From the NCBI GenBank assembly GCA_017451045.1, contig JAFSSK010000098.1:14561-78560 (forward strand): 64,000 bases of DNA, read 5' to 3'. This stretch comes from Clostridia bacterium (GTDB lineage Bacteria > Bacillota > Clostridia > Oscillospirales > CAG-272). The notes below the pieces were generated by a model. That model saw only the letters and a list, made by a program, of their open reading frames with translations. It had not been told where the DNA came from and ran no database searches. Position 1 is the first letter of the stretch, and each line of letters begins with the position of its first letter. Of the stretch, positions 56,509 through 64,000 are shown one piece after another. Both the position numbers and the translations under genes were made by a program.

Positions 56509-57933
56509 ATGGAACGCAGAAAGATACTGTCCGTCATCTCTTTTCTCCTGATTCTTCTGCTGATGCTCCCGTCCTGTACGGGCGGCGAACCCGCGGATCC
56601 CGGGTCACAGACCGAGGAGACGATGATCCCGCAGAAGGCGACCGAGCTGATCGTCTGGAAGCCGGGAGAATCGAGCAGCGATTACCGCATCGTCTACGAC
56701 GAGACCGCGGCGGAGCCGCTGACGGCGGAGGCGCAGATGCTCGCAGCCATGATCAAGAACTACACCGGCGCCGCCATAGAGACCGCCGATTCGGGGACCG
56801 CTTTTGCAAAAGAGATCGTCCTTTCCTCCTCCACCCGTCCCGAAACGGCAGAGATGCTGGAAGGACTTGAAGAGGGCGCTTTCTCCGTGCGGGCCGTTCC
56901 CGGCGACGCGGAAGGCGAGGGCAAGCTGTTCATCGCCACGACCACGTACGAGTCGGCTTACGCGTGCGCACAATACCTGCTCGAGTCCTTTTACGACCCG
57001 GAAACCGGTTTTCGCATCCCCGCAACACTGGATATTACAGATACTGCAAAGGAATACATCATGATCGAAAGTACGATTAGAAAACTGCGCGACCCCTGCA
57101 TCCTCGTGGAGGACGGCGTATACTATGCCTACGGGACAGGCTGGAAATGCTATAAGAATGCCAACGGCAAATTAAAAGGTCCCTGGACCGATCTCGGCGT
57201 CGTGGCCTCCGTTGCCAACCGCGATACGGACGGCGGCGATCACTGGGCTCCGGAAGTACACCGGTACAACGGCGAATACTATATGTTCACGACATACAAG
57301 AACAGCGCAACGTCGCACCGCGGGTGCATCATCCTGAAGTCTGCGTCCCCGGAAGGGCCTTTCGTCGAGGTCACGAACGGTCCCATCACCCCGTCAGACT
57401 GGGATTGCATCGACGGAACCTTCTACGTGGATCCGGACGGGCAGCCCTGGATGGTCTTCGTCCATGAATGGACCAGCATGCCGGACGGCGTGGGATCCTT
57501 TGCGGCGGCGAAGCTCTCCGAAGATCTTTCGCACTTCATCTCAGAACCCATCGAACTGTTCAAGGCGAACGAACCTGTCTGGGCCACGGAAGGCGTCACG
57601 GACGGGTGCTGGATGTATACGACCAAAGAAGGCGATCTTCTCATGCTGTGGTCCAATTTCGACGCTTTCGGCTACGTCGTGGCGGTGGCCAGGAGTTCCA
57701 ACGGGCGTCTGGACGGCGAGTGGATCCACGAGAAAAACCTTCTCTATTCAAAGGCTATGACCGGCACGTACGACGGCGGTCATGCCATGATCTTCACCGA
57801 TGTGGACGGACAGATGTATATGTCATTCCACTCTCCCAATACGTCTACCAGCAATTACCGTCTGGAAAAACCTGTCTTCTTAGCGATCGAGGAGAAAGAC
57901 GGCAAGCTCGTTTGGGCTGAGAATCAACAATAA
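56509..57933 (+). CDS. Lipoprotein with a C-terminal GH43 five-bladed propeller domain
   Basis: Signal peptide with lipobox 'LLLMLPSC'. GH43 blocks are 'RDPCILVEDGVYYAYGTG', 'HWAPEVHRYNGEYYMF' and 'CIDGTFYVDPDGQPWMVF'. The N-terminal domain of about 170 aa is unassigned. Confidence 0.75.
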   Translation: MERRKILSVISFLLILLLMLPSCTGGEPADPGSQTEETMIPQKATELIVWKPGESSSDYRIVYDETAAEPLTAEAQMLAAMIKNYTGAAIETADSGTAFAKEIVLSSSTRPETAEMLEGLEEGAFSVRAVPGDAEGEGKLFIATTTYESAYACAQYLLESFYDPETGFRIPATLDITDTAKEYIMIESTIRKLRDPCILVEDGVYYAYGTGWKCYKNANGKLKGPWTDLGVVASVANRDTDGGDHWAPEVHRYNGEYYMFTTYKNSATSHRGCIILKSASPEGPFVEVTNGPITPSDWDCIDGTFYVDPDGQPWMVFVHEWTSMPDGVGSFAAAKLSEDLSHFISEPIELFKANEPVWATEGVTDGCWMYTTKEGDLLMLWSNFDAFGYVVAVARSSNGRLDGEWIHEKNLLYSKAMTGTYDGGHAMIFTDVDGQMYMSFHSPNTSTSNYRLEKPVFLAIEEKDGKLVWAENQQ

Positions 57934-57935
57934 TC

Positions 57936-58688
57936 ATGCCAGCCGAAGAAATGTCTTATGACCGCTTCGAATGCGAAGCGCGCAGCATTTTCGCATGCAC
58001 CAGCCTTGACGATTCGCTCCTGGAAGACGGAAAATGCGGCAGGTACTACCAGTTTCTTTCCCGGATGCTGTCCGTGAACGGGACGATGAACCTGACGGCC
58101 ATCAGGAACATGCACGACTGCATTTGGAAGCACCTGGCCGATTCTCTGACCGTCTGCGGGAAGATCCCCGCGGGCGCGTCCGTTCTGGACATCGGCTGCG
58201 GCGCCGGATTTCCTTCCGTACCGCTTGCCATCGCCCGTCCGGACATCCGTGTCAGCGCTTTGGACAGCACGGGCAAAAAGACCGCCTTCGTAAGGGAGGC
58301 GGCCGAGATGCTTGGCCTTGAAAATCTCCGTACGCTGACGGGCAGGGCCGAGATGCTGATCCGCACGCAGCGGCTGCGAGGCGTTTACGACGTTGTTGTC
58401 AGCCGCGCGGTGGCAAGAGCGGATCTTCTTTCCGAACTGGCTCTTCCTTTCCTCAAGACCGGCGGGGTGCTCGTCATGATGAAGGGCCCGCAGGGAGGCG
58501 AGGAGCTCGAACAGGCGCAGGGCGGGATCAGACTGCTGGGGGGAGAAACAGACGCGCTGGAAGCGTTCGTCCTTTCCGACGGTATACAGCAGGAGCAAAG
58601 GATCAACATCATCATCAAAAAGACGGCTGTAACGCCGGAGCGGTATCCGCGCCCGTGGGCGCAGATGACAAAGTCTCCGCTACACTGA
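57936..58688 (+). CDS. rsmG: 16S rRNA (guanine527-N7)-methyltransferase
   Basis: 'MNLTAIRN....W.KHLADSL' and the SAM motif 'VLDIGCGAGFPSVPLAI'. The start is uncertain (ATG 57936 or 57951) and no clear RBS is present. Confidence 0.85.
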   Translation: MPAEEMSYDRFECEARSIFACTSLDDSLLEDGKCGRYYQFLSRMLSVNGTMNLTAIRNMHDCIWKHLADSLTVCGKIPAGASVLDIGCGAGFPSVPLAIARPDIRVSALDSTGKKTAFVREAAEMLGLENLRTLTGRAEMLIRTQRLRGVYDVVVSRAVARADLLSELALPFLKTGGVLVMMKGPQGGEELEQAQGGIRLLGGETDALEAFVLSDGIQQEQRINIIIKKTAVTPERYPRPWAQMTKSPLH

Positions 58689-58695
58689 GCCACTC

Positions 58696-58738
58696 AAAAC
58701 AGAAGCAGACCGGGTTTTCCCGGCCTGCTTCTGTTTTT
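58696..58738. terminator. Bidirectional intrinsic terminator between rsmG and GH2
   Basis: AAAA-CAGAAGCAGACCGGG-tttt-CCCGGCCTGCTTCTG-TTTTT, a 15-bp stem with one mismatch flanked by an A-tract and a T-tract. Confidence 0.8.
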
Positions 58739-58749
58739 CTTCTCTTGGC

Positions 58750-60477
58750 TTATTTTTCGATGGCTGCTTTCCTGCCGAAGATCTCGGCCAGTTCCTCAGG
58801 CGGGAATTTCGGCTCGCGTTTGTATGTGTAGATACCATTCTGCTCCTGCTCGATATCGGTAAGCTGCGTATAACAGAAGGCGAATATGTTCGGATTGTCC
58901 AGCAGCACGTCCGTCAATCCCTTCAGCCGTTCCATGAAGGCTTCTTTCGTCTTCGGGATATTTCCGTACCCCCAGGCGCCGTCTCCGACGGCCCAGCCGA
59001 TCCCGCCGTACTCGCTCACGAAGAAGGGCTTGTCCGAACGGTAGTTCTGTCTGTCGTGGAATCTGTCCTGGTACGTCCTGTCTTTTGCCAGCGACGCGAA
59101 GTTGGCCGCCAGTTTGGCAGGATCCCCTTCGTAGTCATGGACATCATAGATGTCTGTGATATTATCCACGTGGTAATTTCCGCTCGTGTCGATGCACGGA
59201 CGGGAGGGGTCTACGGCTTTCGTGACCTCGTATACCATGGCCAGCACGTCGTTGTGCTGCCGTCTGTAATGCTGGTCCCACGTTTCGTTGAACGGGCACC
59301 ATCCGACGATCGACGGGTGATTCATGTCCCGCTTCAGCTCCTCGACCCATTCGTGCATGATCGGATAGACGGCCAGCGGGTCCGTGTGATCGAGTCCCCA
59401 GTTCGGATATTCTCCCCAGACGATATATCCTTCCCTGTCGCAGTGGTACAGAAATCTTTCCTCGAAGATCTTTTCGTGCAGTCTTGCGCCGTTGAACCCG
59501 ACAGCCTGGGAGCGCTTGACGTCAGCCAGCAGCTCCTCGTCCGAGGGCGCCGTATAGATGCCGTCCGGATAGAACCCCTGGTCAAGGACTAGTCTTTGGA
59601 AAACGCTCTTGCCGTTCAGCAAAAACTCCCTGTCCGTGTATTCGATCTTCCGCAGGCCGAAATAACTCTTCAAAACATCTTTCCCGAAGGTGAAGTGCAG
59701 ATCGTAAAGCCGTCCTTTGCCGATCTCCCACAGATGCTTTTCAGCCAGCGGGATCTGCAAGGTAACCTCGCCGGAAGCTTTTTTCAGCGCGGCCTCCCCG
59801 ACCTTTTTGCCCTGGTACAGCACGTCCACGCTAAGGGGCGCGCTTCCCTTCAGTTCTGCCGTCACACTGACGGATTGGGTGTCAACGTTCGGCATGATGC
59901 GGATGCTGTCGATGTATGCGTCCGGCGTGAATTCCAGCCATACGGTCTGCCAGATGCCTGTCGTTCTCGTGTAGAAACAACCGCGGGAACTGAATTCCAT
60001 GCACTGCTTTCCGCTCGGGATCATCGGATCCCTTTCGTCGTCCCGCGCCTGCAGGGTGATAACGTTGTCGCCCGCGCGGACTAAAGACGAGATATCGAAC
60101 CGGAAGGAGACGTATCCGCCCTTGTGTACGCCGACAAGCTGCCCGTTCACCCAGACGGCCGTCCTGTAATCACAGGCCCCGAAATGAAGGAACACATGTC
60201 CTTTGCACTGCGCCGCCGTCAGCCTGACGCTCCTGCGGTACCAGACCGAACGGATGAAATCCGTCGTGCGGATACCGGAAAGTTTGGACTGCGGGCAGAA
60301 AGGCACGACGATCTTCAGCCGGAACGCCTCAAGAACGGCCGGCGTGTTCTCGGCCGCCTGGAGTTTCCTCGCTTCCCCGCTGTTTGCGTTGTCAATGGCA
60401 AAATCCCACTCCCCGTTCAGGTTCATCCATGACTCTCTCATCATCTGCGGCTTGGGATGCTCACATCTTGGAATCAT
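58750..60477 (-). CDS. GH2 family glycoside hydrolase (beta-galactosidase/glucuronidase-like), no signal peptide
   Basis: 'HPKPQMMRESWMNLNGEWDF' N-terminus, 'WCPFNETW' (acid/base) and 'FFVSEYGG' (nucleophile). RBS AAGGAGAA. Confidence 0.75.
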   Translation of the reverse strand: MIPRCEHPKPQMMRESWMNLNGEWDFAIDNANSGEARKLQAAENTPAVLEAFRLKIVVPFCPQSKLSGIRTTDFIRSVWYRRSVRLTAAQCKGHVFLHFGACDYRTAVWVNGQLVGVHKGGYVSFRFDISSLVRAGDNVITLQARDDERDPMIPSGKQCMEFSSRGCFYTRTTGIWQTVWLEFTPDAYIDSIRIMPNVDTQSVSVTAELKGSAPLSVDVLYQGKKVGEAALKKASGEVTLQIPLAEKHLWEIGKGRLYDLHFTFGKDVLKSYFGLRKIEYTDREFLLNGKSVFQRLVLDQGFYPDGIYTAPSDEELLADVKRSQAVGFNGARLHEKIFEERFLYHCDREGYIVWGEYPNWGLDHTDPLAVYPIMHEWVEELKRDMNHPSIVGWCPFNETWDQHYRRQHNDVLAMVYEVTKAVDPSRPCIDTSGNYHVDNITDIYDVHDYEGDPAKLAANFASLAKDRTYQDRFHDRQNYRSDKPFFVSEYGGIGWAVGDGAWGYGNIPKTKEAFMERLKGLTDVLLDNPNIFAFCYTQLTDIEQEQNGIYTYKREPKFPPEELAEIFGRKAAIEK

Positions 60478-60498
60478 ATTTGTTCTCCTTGATAATCT

Positions 60499-61173
60499 TT
60501 ACGAACCGCTGCCCGTGAATACGCTGACGACATATTTCAGCAGCGAGGGCAGGAATCTGAATAGAAGTCCCGCCAGAACGGCAAATCCGATCAGGGCCAG
60601 GATGGCCGGTAGCAGTCTTTCGGCGTTGCGGTCGTATCTGGTCCCTGCCAGATAGTTGCGTTTTTCCGGGATGTAAAAGTGATACTGATCGACCTCTTTC
60701 CAGTCGAACCGCCGTCCTCCGTCCTTCCCGATGAACCAGCGCCAGAACCGTACGAACAGATTCTTCGGCTTTGGCTTTTCCTCGGCCGGGTCCGGCTCCT
60801 GCGCATAGAAAGCGTCTTCTTCTGAACACGTGACGACTTCCCGCAGAGCCGAGTTGTATTTCAGTCCGTGTATGATCTTTTTCTTGCCCGCGAAGCCAAG
60901 TTCGGCCAGCGTTTTCGCGTTCTCCGGCGAATTCGCGTCCGCATGGAGCAGCGTCCGGACGAATGCGCCGTATTTACGTCTTGTCAGCACGGAAACAAGC
61001 GGTGCCACAGCCCCGCCTATGCACAGACCGAGGATCACAAAAATCAGCACCGTTGCGGCGTGACGCGTCATCCCGATCTGCCTGAAGCTGTTGATCAGAT
61101 TGTTCCACTGCTCCTGGAAATAAACGGACAGCTCATCCCATAGTGTTTCGGCCAATACCGTGCGTACTATCAT
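60499..61173 (-). CDS. Hypothetical membrane protein (two clear TM helices)
   Basis: TM helices are 'AATVLIFVILGLCIGGAVAPLV' and 'LLPAILALIGFAVLAGLLF'. It is tightly spaced between serS and GH2. No family recognised. Confidence 0.5.
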   Translation of the reverse strand: MIVRTVLAETLWDELSVYFQEQWNNLINSFRQIGMTRHAATVLIFVILGLCIGGAVAPLVSVLTRRKYGAFVRTLLHADANSPENAKTLAELGFAGKKKIIHGLKYNSALREVVTCSEEDAFYAQEPDPAEEKPKPKNLFVRFWRWFIGKDGGRRFDWKEVDQYHFYIPEKRNYLAGTRYDRNAERLLPAILALIGFAVLAGLLFRFLPSLLKYVVSVFTGSGS

Positions 61174-61187
61174 ACGTTCACCTTAAC

Positions 61188-62474
61188 TCAAGGTTTCCTG
61201 ATGACGTCGACCCCCAGATACTTTTTCAGCACATCTGGAACGTTGACGGAACCGTCTGCGTTCTGGTTCTGCTCGACGAGAGCCGGGAAGATGCGGCTGG
61301 TGGCAAGACCTGATCCGTTCAGCGTGTGAACGTACTCGATCCTTCCGTCCGCTCTCTTCACTCTGATCATGCCTCTCCTGGCCTGATAGTCTCTCGCGTT
61401 GGATACGGAAGACACTTCCTTATACCCGTTCATGGACGGGATGTTGATCTCGATATCGTAGGTCCTTGCCATGGAAGCCGAGCAGTCTTCGGCCGCCAGT
61501 TTGACCGTGCGGAAATGGAATCCCAGCCCTTTTACAAGGTTTTCCGCATTCTGGACAAGTTCCTCGAACGCCTCGTCGCTCTTTTCCGGAAGCGTATACT
61601 GCACCATCTCTACTTTGTTGAACTGGTGCCCGCGGACCATGCCGCGCTCGTCGGCACGGTATGAACCCGCCTCCCGGCGGAAGCACGGGGTGTATGCGAA
61701 ATATTTCTTCGGAAGATCGGACTCGTTCAGGATCTCGTCACGGTGCAGGCTCACGAGCGCTGTCTCCGCGGTGGGAAGCATGAAATGTCTCCTCTCCTCT
61801 TCGTCCTGCTTCTCGAGCCAGTATACTTCATCCTGGAATTTAGGAAACTGTCCTGCGGTGAAGCCGCATTCATAACCCAGCATATGGGGGAGAAGCATGA
61901 ACTGGTAGCCGTTTTTCGTATGGAAATCGATGAAATAGTTTAAAATCGCCCATTCGAGTCTTGCGCCCATGCCGGAATAGATCCAGTAGCCGGAGCCGGA
62001 GATCTTCGCAGCGCGCTTGTAATCGATAAGCCCGAGATCCGTGCACAGATCGACATGGTTCTTCGGTTCGAAATCGAACACCCTCTTCTCGCCGAAGTAC
62101 CGCAGGGGCTCGTTATTCTCTTTTCCGCCGCCCTTAAGGTCTCTGTCCGGCAGGTTGGGAAGGCTGAGCATAAGCGTTGAGATCTCGCCCTCGATCGTCT
62201 TGAGAAGATCGTCGTTCGCTTTCGTTTTGGAACCGATTTCCTTCATCTGTGCGAAGATGGGAGCGACGTCTTTTCCTTCCTTTTTATATTGAGGAATGAG
62301 CTTGTTCGTCCTGTTCTGCTCCGCTTTCAGAGCCTCGTTTTCAACGATGATAGCCCGTCTTTTCTCATCCAGTGCGACGATTCTGCGGATCTCCTCGGCA
62401 GCTTCCTTTCCCTTCAGGGAGAGCCGCTGGATGACTTCCTCAGGTTTTTCTTTTATATACTTGATATCAATCAT
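61188..62474 (-). CDS. serS: Serine--tRNA ligase
   Basis: 'MIDIKYIKE' coiled-coil N-arm and class II motifs 'FRREAGS', 'RGMVRGHQFNKVE' and 'TLNGSGLATSR'. Confidence 0.95.
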   Translation of the reverse strand: MIDIKYIKEKPEEVIQRLSLKGKEAAEEIRRIVALDEKRRAIIVENEALKAEQNRTNKLIPQYKKEGKDVAPIFAQMKEIGSKTKANDDLLKTIEGEISTLMLSLPNLPDRDLKGGGKENNEPLRYFGEKRVFDFEPKNHVDLCTDLGLIDYKRAAKISGSGYWIYSGMGARLEWAILNYFIDFHTKNGYQFMLLPHMLGYECGFTAGQFPKFQDEVYWLEKQDEEERRHFMLPTAETALVSLHRDEILNESDLPKKYFAYTPCFRREAGSYRADERGMVRGHQFNKVEMVQYTLPEKSDEAFEELVQNAENLVKGLGFHFRTVKLAAEDCSASMARTYDIEINIPSMNGYKEVSSVSNARDYQARRGMIRVKRADGRIEYVHTLNGSGLATSRIFPALVEQNQNADGSVNVPDVLKKYLGVDVIRKP

Positions 62475-62511
62475 TTTGTTTGCCTCTAATTATGAATAAT
62501 TTTTTACTGTA

Positions 62512-63411
62512 TTAATTTTTGCCGCTCTTGAAAAACTCTTCGCCGCAAAGCTTTGAAAGAATAAATTCAAGATCTGCGTCATCATTGTATGTAAGTTCGA
62601 TCGTTTTCTTCTTAGCGGTATTGACGATGCGAACCTTGCGCTCCAGAAGGGAAGAAGCCTTATGCTCAAGATCCTTCATATAAACGCGTCTTTGTGAGTT
62701 CGAATCGGCTGCTTCGCCTTTTTCTTCCTCTTTACTGTCGTTGATTGACTGCACTGTACGTTCCACGTCGCGCACAGAAAGCCCTTTATCGATGATCTTC
62801 TGCGTCAGCATGATGGCTGTATCGGGATCTTTCAGCCCCAAGAGTGCTCTTGCATGACCTGCGGAGATATTCCCGTTCTTCAGCTGTTCAAGGACCTGAT
62901 CGGGAAGATCCAATAGTCTTAACGCGTTAGCGACCGTAGATCTGTTCTTATTGACCTGCCTAGCGATCTGATCCTGGGTAAGACCGTATCTTTCTGCCAT
63001 CGCATGATAGGCAAAAGCTTCCTCAACAGGGTTCAGATCAACTCTCTGCAGGTTTTCAACGAGAGAAAGCTGCGTCGTGTTGAAATCGTCACTGTCAATG
63101 ATAATAGCGGGAATTTCGTTGAGGCCTGCCATTTTAGCCGCTCTCCACCGTCTTTCACCGGCGATGATCTCGTAATGGCCGTTGAAATTCGGGTTTTCAC
63201 GTACAATGATAGGCTGGAGAACACCGTAAGAGGAGATAGACTCAGCCAGCTGTTCCAAAGATTCATGGTCAAAATCTTTCCTGGGCTGATCGGATCTTGG
63301 CTCAACGGACGTGATTTTCAAAGCTGTAGAGGCCCCGCCTCTGGATTCTATGACGTTTTCATCCAGAATACTGAAGAAATCTTTTCCGAGACTAGTCTTT
63401 TTATTAGCCAT
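62512..63411 (-). CDS. parB: ParB/Spo0J chromosome partitioning protein
   Basis: 'QPRKDFD..L.QLAESI...GVLQPIIVRE', 'IIAGERRWRAAKMAG', HTH 'TQDQIARQVNKNRSTVANALRLL'. RBS AAGGAGGA before ATG 63411. Confidence 0.9.
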   Translation of the reverse strand: MANKKTSLGKDFFSILDENVIESRGGASTALKITSVEPRSDQPRKDFDHESLEQLAESISSYGVLQPIIVRENPNFNGHYEIIAGERRWRAAKMAGLNEIPAIIIDSDDFNTTQLSLVENLQRVDLNPVEEAFAYHAMAERYGLTQDQIARQVNKNRSTVANALRLLDLPDQVLEQLKNGNISAGHARALLGLKDPDTAIMLTQKIIDKGLSVRDVERTVQSINDSKEEEKGEAADSNSQRRVYMKDLEHKASSLLERKVRIVNTAKKKTIELTYNDDADLEFILSKLCGEEFFKSGKN

Positions 63412-63421
63412 ATTATCCTCC

Positions 63422-64000
63422 TTAGATTCTATCAATCAGTTCTTTGGTAACGGACATATACTCCTGCGCACCTTTTCCGTTGGGATCATATTCACAGATA
63501 GGTTCTCCGTGGGCCTGTGCCTCAGACATCTTTACCGATCTGGAGATCATTGTACCAAACAATTTGTCTGAGAACTTGGCCGAAAGCGAATCGATCGCAG
63601 CGTTCGTAAGGATCAGTCGGGCATTGAACATTGTAACAACGATACCTGTAAGAGACAATTTGTCATTATAGTGTGACATAACATGCTTGATCGTACTGTT
63701 CAGGTCGTTTAAACCCTGTAACGAGAAGATCTCACACTGGACAGGAATGATCACACCGTCGCTGGCAGCCAAAGCATTCGTGGTCAGTAACCCAAGCGCA
63801 GGCGGGCAGTCAATGATTACATATTCATAAGAATCTGCGACTTCATTCAATGCATCGCGAAGTCTGAAAATGGAATTATCCATATTTTGCAAAGCCAGTT
63901 CTGCGCCCGCAAGCGAGTTTGAGGCCGGAAGAACGTTCAGATTCGAATATTTCGTAGCTCTTATTACTTCTGATGCCTTACAATCCTGGTCAAGAACATC
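63422..64000 (-). CDS. parA: ParA/Soj ATPase. The 5' end runs off the window.
   Basis: The frame stays open to position 64000. Motifs include '..NLNVLPASNSLAGAEL', 'YEYVIIDCPPALGLLTTNAL' and 'VIIPVQCEIFSLQGL'. Confidence 0.9.
   Translation of the reverse strand, partial: DVLDQDCKASEVIRATKYSNLNVLPASNSLAGAELALQNMDNSIFRLRDALNEVADSYEYVIIDCPPALGLLTTNALAASDGVIIPVQCEIFSLQGLNDLNSTIKHVMSHYNDKLSLTGIVVTMFNARLILTNAAIDSLSAKFSDKLFGTMISRSVKMSEAQAHGEPICEYDPNGKGAQEYMSVTKELIDRI

Noticed and set aside
62475-62511. Expected T-box leader upstream of serS
   Set aside because: Only 37 nt separate the parB stop from the serS start, far too short for a T-box of about 200 nt. No specifier or T-box motif is visible. 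serS appears to be co-transcribed with parAB.
1-64000. Search for mobile elements, defence systems (restriction-modification, toxin-antitoxin, CRISPR-Cas, abortive infection), and rRNA or tRNA genes
   Set aside because: No transposase, integrase, recombinase, nuclease/methylase pair, small toxin-antitoxin pair, terminal inverted repeats or structured RNA genes were recognisable. The only HTH_3 domain is the one fused to the mutase.

Overview
GC-rich chromosomal segment of Firmicutes/Clostridia type. The evidence is strong AGGAGG ribosome-binding sites, sigma-A TTGACA/TATAAT promoters and B. subtilis-like synteny. I found no rRNA, tRNA, CRISPR array, transposase, integrase or phage gene. The content is a mosaic of three kinds.

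(1) Housekeeping blocks:
- a THF-riboswitch-controlled folT-folC pair;
- efp;
- the conserved yicC-remA-gmk-rpoZ-priA-def-fmt-rsmB-rlmN-rsgA run, plus an inverted thiN;
- asnA-cysE;
- holA-ymdB-ahcY-mnmG-(GH43)-rsmG;
- serS-parB-parA.

(2) A large set of glycoside hydrolases, all but one without signal peptides: GH78, a clan GH-A orphan, GH92, two GH38, GH95, GH2 and a lipoprotein GH43. A rhaBAD rhamnose catabolic operon sits among them.

(3) Several poorly understood modules:
- an XRE-HTH::phosphoglucosamine-mutase fusion gene, in an operon with a stand-alone GlmU-C-terminal-like acetyltransferase and a uridine-kinase-like P-loop protein;
- an orphan short glycyl-radical enzyme with a minimal activase;
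- a four-gene ABC / ABC-2 / GldG-like / DUF4340 module;
- an extremely acidic zinc-ribbon protein coupled to efp.

The many long ORFs antisense to these genes look like GC-rich frame artefacts. All family calls rest on motifs I recognised by eye. No database search was run.
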